Positions 48,609 through 60,309 of a DNA stretch of 64,000 nucleotides are shown here, in pieces (within the stretch, counting starts at the first letter, position 1; each line of letters starts with the position of its first letter). The notes beneath the pieces are model-generated. The model was not told the origin of the DNA and ran no database searches. It saw only the letters and a list, made by a program, of their open reading frames with translations. This DNA comes from Octopus vulgaris (lineage: Eukaryota), in contig OX597815.1 in NCBI GenBank assembly GCA_951406725.2, forward strand, positions 6,386,001 to 6,450,000, given 5' to 3'. Made by a program: the position numbers and the translations under genes.

Positions 48609-49064
48609 ATTATTTATATTGGATGGATAGATGTCCTTATCTTGTTTGGTGTTACAACATTTCGTCTGATGTACTCTCCAGCTTTCATCAGGTGTCCTGG
48701 TGAAATTTCAAACCCAACCCATTATTTGACTAATGGGGTACTCTGTTCTCATTCCTAAGTTATTTTTTGCTGTTATAGCATAGTGGTTAAGAGCGTGGGC
48801 TACTAACTCTGAGATTCTGGTTCAATCCCAGAGAGTGACTTGAATAAATAATGATAATAATAACATCAGCAAAAAATACCTTAGGAATGAGAACAGAGTA
48901 CCCCATTGGTCAAATAAAGGGTTAGGTTCAAAATTCTACCAGGACACCTGATGAAGGCTGGAGAGTACATCAGCCGAAATGTTGTGGTAACAACAAAGAT
49001 GAGGGCACATGTCTGTCCGTTGCAAATAATGTCCATAATTCCTCATCCCCAAAATATAGAACTG
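48609..49064 (+). mobile_element. tRNA-headed, hammerhead-tailed element, copy 1, preceded by an inverted copy of its tail
   Basis: Arms about 48609-48776 and 48860-49032; head 48776-48845 (A box TAGCATAGTGG, B box GGTTCAATCCC). Confidence 0.75.
48944..48987 (+). ncRNA. Minimal type-I hammerhead ribozyme motif (stem III CpG-decayed)
   Basis: CAC-CUGAUGA-A-GGCUG[10 nt]CAGCC-GAAA-UG-UU-GUG; mirror copy on the minus strand at about 48655-48696. Confidence 0.65.
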
Positions 49065-49244
49065 AATATAATATGGTTTACTGATCTGGAAAGAAAGAGA
49101 GAGAGAGGGATGTGAGGTCAAGGGTAGAAGGTGAATATTAGGGAGAGAAAAATAGAGATAAAGGGTCAGAAAAAGATGGGTTGGTAGGGAAGTGAAAAAG
49201 AAGTGTGATGCAGTGATTTTCAGTTTGGAGGTTGGTTAATCTTT

Positions 49245-49420
49245 TAGCTTTTACTTGTTTCACTCATTAAACTGCAGCCTTGAAGAATTTTTAATTGAAT
49301 GAATCGATCCCAGTACTTTAAAAAAATATTAAAGACACTTGCCCAAGATGCCACGCAGTGGGACTGAACCCGCCACCATGTGGTTGGTTAGCAAGCTACT
49401 TACCACACAGCCACTCTTGC
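49245..49420 (-). mobile_element. SINE family A fragments (tail plus head, middle missing)
   Basis: Sequence match to family A. Confidence 0.7.
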
Positions 49421-49439
49421 ATTTTTTAGAAAAAAAAAT

Positions 49440-49660
49440 ATCTTTGGCATTCAGATTTATCTAACAACAGTAATGCTTATTTATTTACATTGTTTTGAAT
49501 TAATCCTGGATCATCTCATAGCTTTGAGATGCCAATGATATGATTGTTTATTTTTGAATGACATTGTAGGGTAGGTGTGAGAGGCCAGATATGGCCATTT
49601 TGAACATAAAATAGAATATTTGGGCCAAATGCGGCCTGTTTAAATGCTAAAGGATTAAAT
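49440..49660. mobile_element. Second piggyBac-like MITE family
   Basis: CTTTGGCATTCAGA ... AAATGCTAAAGGATTAA. Confidence 0.65.
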
Positions 49661-49981
49661 ATGGTACTCGTTAGTGCTCTCGTTAAGTTTCTCACTGCTT
49701 CACTCTTTTAAGTCTCTCCATAACATGTGCAACACACTCACCTAATTACTCACGTGTTTTAATTAATCTACAGCCAAAAAAAATTAATTTTAAAACATAA
49801 AAAAAACAATCACCAGGCTAAAAATACCTTTGCAACCAAGTTTGTTTAACCCTTGCCCTCTTCAAAATGTTTCTTTGCTTTGTGCTCAAGATACACATCA
49901 ACAGATTAAGATTCATCATTTTTGTAAGACAATTCTCATCTTTCAACAAGGAAGATCTATGGTTTTATAACATTCGTCTTT

Positions 49982-50463
49982 TTAACCCTTTCCTTACTGT
50001 ATTTATTTTGAGATGCTCTGTTTTTCTTTCAATTAATTTTAAATATAACTAAGAGTTTAGTAAAATAACTTAGTTATCATTAAGCTTGTGTTAGGAACAT
50101 AAATTATGACTAAGGCTTGGTAGAAGATTGTAATTCAAAACTTATGAAAACAAGACATTTGTACTCAGAGCCAGCACCGGTTTCAGCTGGGTTGGTAATG
50201 AAAGGGTTAGGAATTGTTTCTCTATTGTATATTTTAAACTTTCCGTTACCGTATTTATTTTGAAATGGTCTGTGTTTCTTGTCAATTACTTTAAATATAA
50301 CAAAGAATTTAGTAAAATAACTTGGTTATCATTAAGTTAGTGTTAGGAACATAAATTGTGACTAAGGTTTGGGGGAAGATTTTAATTCAGAACTTTCAAA
50401 AACAAGACATTTGTACTACAGAGCCAGAGCCGGTTTCAGCCAGGTTGGTAACGAAAGGGTTAA
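49982..50463. mobile_element. Tandem dimer of the ~230-bp piggyBac-like MITE
   Basis: TTAACCCTTTCCTTAC ... GGTAACGAAAGGGTTAA; same inter-unit spacer as at 18 kb. Confidence 0.82.
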
Positions 50464-50559
50464 GATCCATCATTTTTTTAAAGACTTTCATCACATTCAT
50501 CTTTTTAAACTTTACTCTTTGTTTTTGCTTTGTTTTTGTCACCTGATCGCTTTTAAGGT

Positions 50560-50830
50560 AAAGGCACGTGGTCTAATGGTGAGGAGTGTTGCACTCGTGA
50601 TTGTGATATCATTGTTTTGACTCTCAGACCAGCTGCATGTTGTGTTCTTGAGCAGAACACTTCACTTCACTTTGCTCTAATTCACTAACTTTGCAATGGA
50701 CTGTTATTCCATGCAGCAGGAACGTTAATCTGCTCACCCCACCTGGTAGCGTGAGCGTCATTCAAAACCCTAAAACAATGCAAAGTGCATTGTGGCCAGC
50801 GGTGTATAACAACATTTGATAGTCCCATCA
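50560..50830 (+). mobile_element. Old SINE family C-related copy
   Basis: GGCACGTGGTCTAATGG head; TTGTGTTCTTGAGCAGAACACTTCACTTCAC. Confidence 0.55.
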
Positions 50831-51287
50831 ATCGATACCAATGCTAGTCACTTAGAAGACACTTCACATGTTCATGTGTTTGTTGCTGTTTATCTCTGCC
50901 TCTGTTGCACTCGTTGGAAGTAAAACCAACCCCAGGACCTCTCCCAACTCCAACACCATCACCACCATGACCACCACCAACACCACCAACAGTCCCCATT
51001 CCCTCCATCGCTTGTTATATGATGCCAGTTTGCTGTCAGCTTCTCTCTGGAACATTCTGAGAGTTTAGTGTTTCTGCTCAATGCTCGAAGCTAACAACTG
51101 CTGAAGAAAGAGATTCTAACATTTAGCCAATTCAATATTGTTCAATATTCAATGTTGTTTGATATTGTTTCAATATTGTTCGATATTATTTCGTTATTGT
51201 TTCCCAACAGTTTTTTTTTTATCTCAATCTTCACATCTCAACAACTTGTCATCTCATAAAAGACACACATCAAATAAACGAACACAG

Positions 51288-51545
51288 ATGTGACGAACCA
51301 GTGGTTAGGGTGTTGCCCTCACAATTGTAAGATCATGGTTTCAATTCCCAGACTGGGTGATGCGTTGTGTTCTTGAGCAAAACACTTCATTCCATGTTGT
51401 TCCAGTCCAAAGCTCAACTGTAAACGAGTCCCCCTTGTGATGGCCTGGCTTTTCACTCAAGGGCAGTGTTGTGATCTTGACCACATATATACACCATGGA
51501 AACTGAGTAGATGGCCCTATGAGTCCTAGGGCTCAAGACAATACT
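51288..51545 (+). mobile_element. Old SINE family C copy
   Basis: AGTGGTTAGGGTG...GTTTCAATTCCC, TTGTGTTCTTGAGCAAAACAC. Confidence 0.6.
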
Positions 51546-51581
51546 CAACTATTTCATTGACCAATATTTCTCAGAGAAATA

Positions 51582-51766
51582 AGGCAGCAAGCTGGCAGAA
51601 GTGTTAGCATGCCAGACAAAATGCTTAGCAGCATTTCAGCTGTCTTTACGTTCTGAGTTCAAATTCCGCTGAGGTTGACTTTGCCCTTCATCCTTCTGGG
51701 GTTGATAAAATAAGTACCAGTTAAACACTGGGGTTGATGTAATTGACCCTGTGCCAAAATTTAAAC
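51582..51766 (+). mobile_element. Older SINE family B monomer with ~19-bp TSD
   Basis: CCAATATTTCTCAG(A/T)GAAA at about 51561 and 51767. Confidence 0.8.
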
Positions 51767-53159
51767 CCAATATTTCTCAGTGAAACACATTAAAACCAGT
51801 TTTTGTTTTTATCCTATCCCATTGCCTTACATATTCAATTCTTGTTTTGTGAAAGAATTCTCCAAGTTTCTCACCTCCCAGGTACAATATTTTGTCAAAT
51901 TAATATTTTTCATATAACTTTACATTTTTATTTCATTTTCTGTTTTCCCCGCAATTTGCCAAAATATGTCGAAATATGACTTTTGTGTTTTTTTTCTTTT
52001 TATCTTTCGAAGAAAAGATTCATCCAAGCTGGAACTATTTGTATTGGCTTTAATCGAAATAAAAGGTTTTTCGATTTTAATTTTAAATTAACAGTTTTAA
52101 GTTCAAAAAGCATGGAACATCCCATTTCAATTTCAATCTCTCTTTGATACGCTCCTTCTAACTTTCGATGTGAATAATTAATTCAATGTTCGTGCGCCAC
52201 CTACAAATCACTCGGAGTGCGGCACCTCTCTTGTAACACCATGTCTCCACCAGACACTTCTTTTCTTTCTTGTCTTTGTGAAATATGTGTATATACATAC
52301 GCACACGTTTTATTTCATCTGTATCTATCAGTCGATGATGATGATGATAACGATACAAAATTTTCGTTACTGCATTCTCTGAAGTAGCAGAACAGAACCA
52401 AAGGTTTCGTCACACCTGAAGGTACAAATACGACAGCAGACGAAAGAATACCAGAGCTGATCAATTCATTGGGCCTGTTGGAATCTAACGTAACCAGAAA
52501 TGAGTTGAACTAACGGAATGGCCCGTCTTATCTATCGAAAAGCACAAAAGGTTTGTTGCTTTTTTGATGGAGGCTGGGTTGATTCTGATGAAGAAAACCT
52601 TCAGTATGATATATATATGGACTTGTGGATTGTTTTTTTTTTTATATCTCAAGATATTTCGATGTAACAACACCATAAATGATGAAAGAAGTGCCAGACG
52701 ATGGATGATATAAAACAGACTTTAAACTAAATGTATTTTAAAATAAATCAAATTTATGTTTTTAATATTTTTTGTATTTGTTATTCATTTTTATAAGTTT
52801 CTTTCATGATGGAAATTGGGGAAGAAATCAGTCGACACAATTGTAAAGAAACCACGTGCTTGTTCCGTGTGTGGAGCAATAAGTTGTTGTTTAGTCTCAG
52901 CTCAGACCATGACCAAGCAGACCTAGCATTAAAAAAATGTTCTTGGCTTCCTCTATCACTTTAGATCACTTTAACCCTTTTGTTACCATATTACTGTTCA
53001 AAGACAATACCGCCTTTTCAATCCCTTTTGAGAAGAATACTCAAGCAGGTCTTCTTTTACTGGTTGAATAGGCCATTAGGTGGAACTTGAAATCTCCGTG
53101 TGTATCTCTTTCTGTATTGTATAGGGCAGTGGTTCCCAACCAGGGTCCATGTGGTAGTG

Positions 53160-53516
53160 GTGAGGATGATGATGAGGAGGTGAGGTGATGATGATGATGA
53201 TAACGATGGTAATTGTGATGATGATGATGGTGCTGATGACGATGATGATGGCAGTGATGGTGATGATGACGATGATGATGATAACTATGATGATGGCGAC
53301 AATGATTACAACGATGATGACGACGACGACGATGATGATGATGATGATGATGACGAGGATGATGATGATGGTGATGACGATGACGATGACGACGATGGTG
53401 ATGATGATGATGATGACGACGACGATGACGACGATGATGATGACGATGACGACGATGATGACGATGATGATGACGATGACGACGATGATGACGATGACGA
53501 CGACGATGACGATGAT
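53160..53516. repeat. (GAT/GAC)n trinucleotide microsatellite
   Basis: Direct reading. Confidence 0.95.
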
Positions 53517-53899
53517 TTTGGAATAATGCAAAGCGAAGTGGTTCTCTTGACGAGTTTTAAACTAAGAATGTAAAAAAGAAAAAAAAAAACCGCAGCCGTA
53601 ACTCGATCCAGGTCGTCGTATTTACCTTCTCCGCTCGTCCACCAATCAGACTTTTCACCTGACGAACAAGAAAAAAAAATCAATCAATACGGAGGATAAG
53701 GTTTCCGTTTCCAATCATGATCAATCACAACAGAAGCGAAGAGGGTCGGGGAAAGAGGAGGGGGGCGGGCGTTCGTTCACTTAAGTACAAAATCACTTTT
53801 AAGTTGAAATCCAGTTTCAACCGGTTGCGATTGTGTGACATCAAGGGATGGCTGACAGCTTGTCAGCTTTTATTGAGAGGGTGAGAAGGAGATATAAGT

Positions 53900-53962
<63 letters not shown>

Positions 53963-53989
53963 GGTGGTGGTAATTTGAATAGCAGTAGT

Positions 53990-54383
53990 GGTTTCAAATT
54001 TTTGCACAAGGCCGGCAAGTTCGTGGGAGAGAGAAAGTTGATTACATCGACCCACAGCGTTCAACTGGTACTTATTTTATCGACCCCCACTACCACCACC
54101 ACCTCTCCCCGAAAGGATGAAAGAAAGGCAAAGTCGACCTCGGCGGAATTTGAACTCAGAATATAAAGACAGACGAAATACCTATTTCTTTACTACCCAC
54201 AAGGGGCTAAACACAGAGAGGACAAGCAAGGACAGACAAACGGATTAAGTCGATTATATCGACCCCAGTGCGTAACTGGTACTTATTTAATTGATCCCCG
54301 AAAGGATGAAAGGCAAAGTCGACCTCGGCGAAATTTGAACTCAGAACGTAACGGCAGACAAAATACCGCTAAGCATTTCGCCC
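53990..54383 (-). mobile_element. SINE family B composite (young unit plus old-tail unit) inside (TAG)n
   Basis: Reverse complement of family B; junction AAAGAAATA|GGTATTTCG at about 54180. Confidence 0.82.
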
Positions 54384-54432
54384 AGGGTAGCAGAGGGTGT
54401 AATACAGGGTAACAGTAGTGATAGTGGTGCTG

Positions 54433-54469
<37 letters not shown>

Positions 54470-54729
54470 CACTTTTAGTAGTAGTAGTAATAGTAGTAGG
54501 AGTAGCAGCAGTTTTAGTAGTAGTAGGAGTAGTAGTGGTAGTAGTAGTAGTAGTAGTAGTAGTAGCAGCAGCAGTAGAACATCTGCCATCTTTTCCTAAG
54601 CTCACATGAATGCAATAAAACAGCAGAGCAAGGAGTAGGGGTGGGGGAGGGGAGGTGGCGTATAAATAAGATAATCTCCTTTGAGTATTAATTTATTTAA
54701 TCCCTCGTAACTGAGAAACAACAATGGCC

Positions 54730-54743
54730 GTTACCATGGTAAC
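54730..54743. promoter_or_regulatory. Perfect palindromic X-box (RFX-type site)
   Basis: GTTACCATGGTAAC matches GTTNCCATGGNAAC, in unique non-repeat sequence. Confidence 0.4.
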
Positions 54744-55009
54744 CTGGCGCTCAGTAAGTCAGCGAGTGAGTAATTTGTGAGAAAAAGTTCATTAGCAGAT
54801 TTGTTGTAATTCTTAATAAAAAATGACCAGAAAAGACATGTGGAAGTGACACGGGGTGAGGGGGGGGGAGTCGGTGTATCGATTGGTCATCGATCACCTT
54901 GCTGATTGACATCATCTACCTTTGGCTGACTAATGCTTGAAGTATTGATTTTTAATATTGGCCGGAAAGTGCAGCAGCGAATGTTGTTGTTGCTTCTTTT
55001 GTTTGTTTG

Positions 55010-55360
55010 TCTGTCTGTTGAGCGAAGGGGGTCTTCGTCCCAGAGTGGGAGAAGTCCGAAACGTGGTCCTTTGCTATTCGTAAGACCCGCAGAAGAGAGA
55101 GCAGGTCAACCACCCCGACACCGAGAGCATCGACGGATGGATGAATGCGCATCCAGGCTCAGCGGTTGGGTAGGAAGCTGGGGGACAAGAAAGAGTGAGA
55201 GAAAGTTGGAGCGAAAGAGTACATCAGGGGTCACCACCACCCCCTGCCGGAGCCTCGTGGAGCTTTGGGTGTTTTCGCTCAATAAACACACACAACGCCC
55301 GGTCTGGGAATCGAAACCGCGAGTCCGCTGCCCTTACTACTGGGCCAATGCGCCTCCACT
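55010..55360 (-). mobile_element. tRNA-derived SINE with family C head and a different body
   Basis: Minus strand GTGGAGGCGCATTGGCCCAGTAGTAAGGGCAGCGGACTCGCGGTTTCGATTCCCAGACCGGGCG matches the 19308 head. Confidence 0.75.
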
Positions 55361-55970
55361 GCTGTTGTTGTTGTTGTTGTTATGAGTTTTGTGATAGTGA
55401 TGGTTGTTACTTTTTAGCCCCAGGTCAGCGCTGGTCTAACAGACCTATAATATTCGAAATCATTCCATTGACGACCACCTCTTCCTTGAATTTCAGGACA
55501 CCTTAACCCCCACCACCATCACCACTACGTTAGCTATCTTGACCCTTTTAAAGACAGTACTTATTTCTAGCTGACCAAACAACAATGTAAAGCCACTCTC
55601 GGGATCATAGATGTGTAGCAAAAGATATAAATGCACCGGTTGAATCCATTATATTACTGGTACTTAATTCGTAATGTTGAGCACAGACAAGGTGAAAGTC
55701 ACAAACAGCGCTGGCGAGATTTGAACTTAGGACCTTTAAGGATGTGACTAAATAGTGTAAGCTGTTTGGTGAATCGCGTGTATTTTGAACAGACATCATT
55801 TAAAGTAGTTGTTCTTAACCAGGGTCCATAAGGCCCCTGGAGTGTCTATATAAGATTTTTGGGGTCCACCCAAACAAATTCAAAAATTGGGAATTTTCAG
55901 TAGTGTTCTAAAGGTCTAAGAAAAATTATACTTTAGTTATCGCAAGAAACAGTTCAGCTCCTTTTTCTAA

Positions 55971-56327
55971 TCTATATATAAAGCTGAAGTTGTCTGCCTG
56001 TGGCAGGTTTGGTAGCCTTCAACAAACACTATCTCCTCCGAGACCCTGCGGCACAAGTTGACCAAAATTGAGAGTATGATAGAAATCGGACCATGTTAAA
56101 ACCAAAAATTATTTACATCAAAAAAGTGCTTTTTTTTCTATGAAAATCCCTATTTATTACGATTTTTTTACTGCTGTGTCGCCATTTTTCAGTGTATTTC
56201 AACCAGAAAAATATTCACTTAAAGAGAATAACAAACTACATAATGCAAGCTTTTTACTTTTCAAAAATTCCAATTCTAAAGGGTCGAAAAGAAAACAAAC
56301 CCGAGCAACGCCGGGCGATACTGCTAG
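55971..56327 (+). mobile_element. Non-autonomous Helitron, third subfamily
   Basis: A|TC ... CCCGAGCAACGCCGGGCGATACTGCTAG|T. Confidence 0.85.
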
Positions 56328-56624
56328 TGCTTAATATAGTTCAACGTGTTTCTGGTCACTGAAATACGTTCTCCCTGAGAATTCTATTGCAAACCTACAC
56401 AAGTGACTAGGTAACAAACAAAATAGGAATTTTGGAAAAAGGATCTATAAGACTAGCTTTTAAACGTCGAATAACTGGGGTCCGCCAGGATAAAATTGTA
56501 ACAAGAGGTGTCCATAAGTAAAAAAACAGTCGCGAACCGCTGATTTAAAGAGGGTTCGTATTCTCCGATGACGGATAACAATAACGAATCTACCCGAATG
56601 TATTGAGAATAAATGTATATATAT

Positions 56625-56900
56625 GGCATTCTTTCGATATAACTCGACAAAATCAAAACATTTTATTTCGGGTATTTCCGTGGAAGCAAACGACAGCTCG
56701 ATTCTGTTTTCTGCTTGGAAATTTGCGGATTTTACGTACACACATGAAACAGGTAAGACCAAATATGCAAGGCTTTTTTTTTTTTCTTTAAAAGGAGACA
56801 TTGCTGGCATAATTTCGTTATATCTATTACTCCACAACCCACGGAAATACCCGAAGTGAAAAGGTTTGATTTTTTTGTCGAGTTATATCGAAGGAATGCC
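56625..56900. repeat. Imperfect ~58-bp inverted repeat inside a probable DNA-transposon relic (about 56455-57110)
   Basis: GGCATTCTTTCGATATAACTCGACAAAA...TTCGGGTATTTCCGTGG pairs with CCACGGAAATACCCGAA...TTTTGTCGAGTTATATCGAAGGAATGCC. Confidence 0.7.
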
Positions 56901-57139
56901 GATATATTATTAATTGGGTTCTTGCTATTCCGTGTACACCCCATCATTTAATATCCAAGAGAGTTTTTTTTTCGTGCATTTTAGCCGGACGATAAAGAGG
57001 CAGCGTCCATGAACGTTGCGGATCTCAAATTTGTGAGAACGAGGCAGCTGACGTTCATTTTGAAGTTACGAAGCGAAAATTGGAACATGAGTAGGGATGT
57101 TCCAAAGTGTCGTATTCCGAGCAGTGAAGATAAACTGGC

Positions 57140-57462
57140 ATTTTGTCGGTTACGACGATGAGGGTTCCAGTTGATCTGATCACCGGAACAACCTGCTCGT
57201 GAAATTAACGATCAAGCGGCTGAGTACTCCGCAGAAACATTGTACTCCTAACGTAAGTTCTGAGAGAGATTCAGCGTGATACAGAATGTGACGAAGAGTG
57301 ACACTTTGAATTACAGGTACAAAGTCATTTTGCCAGGTGTGTGGACTGGAGCAACGTGAAATAAAGTGTCTTGCTCAAGGATACAAGGTGCCGCCGGAAA
57401 TCAAACTCATGACCTTCCGGTCGTGAACCGAATACCCTAACCACAAAGCCATGCACCTTCAC
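57140..57462 (-). mobile_element. tRNA-derived SINE (CORE-like body)
   Basis: Minus strand GGTGCATGGCTTTGTGGTTAGGG...GAGTTTGATTTCC...TCCTTGAGCAAGACAC. Confidence 0.7.
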
Positions 57463-57555
57463 CATTGAGGATAAAGGATTGAGTGAAATAGAGATGAGAA
57501 GAGATGAATGCATCGGGTAATATCCAAGAGATCGCTAGTGATCAAGAACAGAGGC

Positions 57556-57706
57556 CAGGGACGGCTCAAGGTACCGCCCGGGGTGCCATGGGCTTTTTAG
57601 TCTGCATTTTCAGTTTTTCTCTTTGTGAAAGTTAAAAAAAATATATACTTGTAAGGGCGCCGAAGTTCAGCTTGCCCGGGCGCCAGCAACCGTAGGGCCG
57701 GCCCTG
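57556..57706. mobile_element. Small hAT-like MITE
   Basis: CAGGGACGGC ... GCCGGCCCTG TIRs; degenerate 8-bp TSD ACAGAGGC/ATAGAGGT. Confidence 0.7.
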
Positions 57707-57859
57707 ATAGAGGTCATCATAGTGGTAAAAGAGACAGAGAAGAAATTGTGCATATAGGCAAAGATATATTGTGTTTTAGTAAAAGCTTTATCTATCGACC
57801 AAATGGTTTTGTTTTGAGATATGATCTAATATGATTGAATGGGAAGAGACGCACCGTCT

Positions 57860-58130
57860 CAGATATGTGCGTGAGATAAGGGGCAAGAAGCAGATTTTTC
57901 GGTCACGAGATGAGGAAAGAGGGCCTGGAGAATTTGGCAATGACTGGAAAGATTGAAGGGAAAACAAGCAGAGGAAGGAGAAGGATGACATAAATGTCGA
58001 GTTTGATGAATCGGTTGGAAAGAAAGAGGTGTTAAATATCAGGAAGAAGTGGAACTGTCACAGAAAACAAAGAACAGAAAATTGTGACAGGACACGATCG
58101 CCCACGTCCTACATTCTGGACATTGCACCC
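57860..58130 (+). mobile_element. RTE-clade LINE 3' fragment
   Basis: Translation FGHEMRKEGLENLAMTGKIEGKTSRGRRR resembles the RTE C-terminus. Confidence 0.7.
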
Positions 58131-58849
58131 AAAGAAAAAGAACCTAACGTGTATATCACTCTTGTGAATTGTCAATAAAGGAATGGTCTTGAAGAGAGAG
58201 TTTAATCGTTTTGTAATATGGCACGTGTGCGGTCGCTTGAAGACATCATCAGAGACTACAAAACCAAGCATGCCCGTGGGGGCGCTTGGCTTTCCCAACG
58301 CCTTAGCCTCGCCATCACCCGTGGTAATGCTGCGATCGTGCTGTATTGCTTCAGTAGGTTCCGTTAAGCTTTGTGGTGTACGATCAGTTGCTGTGATAAA
58401 AAAAAAAAGAATTCCCAACAAATGGTTTCAATACAGTTTTAACAGAAAGTTTTGGAAGAATTAGATGAAAGTTATCCGGTAATTTTCTAAATGTTTAAAA
58501 ATTTGCCAGCAAAATCTTATAAAATGACAATATTCTAAAAGATGTACATGTTTATATGTTGTGTTGTGGTTTCATGCAGGCATAGCGTGGATTCGATCCT
58601 CGATTACCAAATTTCACTTAACAGTTCAATAGCACTTTTCTCACGGTAAAACAATAGTTTTTCTGTGAGTGACAGCAGTTACATTTGCCAGATGTCTTTG
58701 CCACTTGACCCTTCAAACCTCTTCTAGGCCACCAAAAGCTAGAATAGAGATAACAGATTTCCAACGAAATCTATTGTTCTCAACAATATGTCTATCCTTC
58801 TAAATGTTTTTGGATAGTTATAAATACTAGAATTTTCTAAGGCAAAATC

Positions 58850-59440
58850 AGTCAGTGAGAGCGACCATCAGTTAGTGAACAGAGACCAACTAGAGTCATG
58901 GCCACAAGCAGGCAGCCACTAAAGACAAATGGCCAGAGCGAGAAAGAAGGTTACAACCAGCCAACTATGAGACACAATGACCTCAACTCTATAACTTGCA
59001 CTAACTCACTTTCTTTTCTCTTACAACATCCTGCTATGGTTTATTACTACAATAAGGACGTGTACACACCTACCTGCCGAAATGAACTCTTTTTACCTCG
59101 CATGCTTTTCCATTTACTAATTATACATACCAACCCGTCGTGGTTTTAGATGTATACAAAGTAACGATAAATAAATATTTCTTTACAACTCCGATCACTC
59201 TTCTTCGTTCGTCTTGCACATCTGCAACAGCAACAGCCGTTCCAATCGCTAACTGCCAACCCCCAACATATATCATCACAAATGCCGTTACACTGGTGAC
59301 CACTGGTTCCATCTCAACCAACTATCGTTACAATTGGTGATCCCGAGTCAAAGAATTGCAGCCTTCGCCTTCGAAGTTGTCACATCCATCGATTACAACT
59401 GGTGACCGTCGACTACAACGAAGAACTGACCGTTACAGTT
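58850..59440 (+). mobile_element. LTR-retrotransposon LTR remnant with repeated U5/PBS junctions
   Basis: AATAAA near 59170, then three TTACA-(1-2 nt)-TGGTGA(C/T)C motifs; 5' boundary uncertain. Confidence 0.5.
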
Positions 59441-59499
59441 GTATATGAAAAGAAAATTACGTGGAGTAGCATGCATATCGTTGAAGGTTTCAACTTTAT

Positions 59500-59702
59500 C
59501 TGTATCTTTTACGTTTTTCGCTCATTGGACTGCGGCCATGCTGGGGCACCGCCTTGAAGGGTTTTAGCCAAACAAATGGACCTCCTTCCAATACTTTTTT
59601 TAAAATCTGGAACTTATTCTATTGGTGTCTTGCGCTGAACTGCTAGGCTACGGGGACGTAAACAAACCAACATAGTTGTCAAACGGTGTGGGGAGACAAA
59701 CA

Positions 59703-59760
<58 letters not shown>
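59500..59760 (-). mobile_element. SINE family A 3' half, older copy
   Basis: GACTGCGGCCATGCTGGGGCACCGCC ... GGGGACGTAAAC. Confidence 0.75.
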
Positions 59761-59765
<5 letters not shown>

Positions 59766-59828
59766 GTAAAAAGTAAAAAATATATACAAACTGGGACAAG
59801 AACGTGAAACACCTAGAAGACGACACAA

Positions 59829-60180
59829 GCGGTATTTCGTCTGCCGCTACGTTCTGAGTTCAAATTCCGCCGAAGTCGACTTTGCCTTTCATCCTTTCGG
59901 GGTCGATTAAATAAGCACCAGTTACGCACTGTGGTCGATGTAATCGACTTAATCCGTTTGTCTGTCCTTGTTTGTCCCCTCTGTGTTTAGCCCCTTGTGG
60001 GTAGTAAAGAAATAGGTATTTCGCCTGTCTTTACGTTCTGAGTTCAAATTCTGCCGAGGTCGACTTTGCCTATCATCCTTTCGGGGTCAATAATTTAAGT
60101 CCCCGTTGCGTTCTGGAGTCGATCTAATCGACTGGTTCCCTTTCCCAAAATTTCGGGCCTTGTACCTAGAATTGAAAAGA
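59829..60180 (+). mobile_element. SINE family B composite (young unit plus alternative-tail unit)
   Basis: Junction AAAGAAATA|GGTATTTCG at about 60014; second tail GGCCTTGTACCTAGAATTGAAAAG. Confidence 0.82.
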
Positions 60181-60259
60181 ATTGTCTCTTGATACAAGAC
60201 AATTATGGATTGACATGTCTATAAAAGCAACGCAAGCCTTGCTCAAGGAGTGTACGACA

Positions 60260-60309
<50 letters not shown>

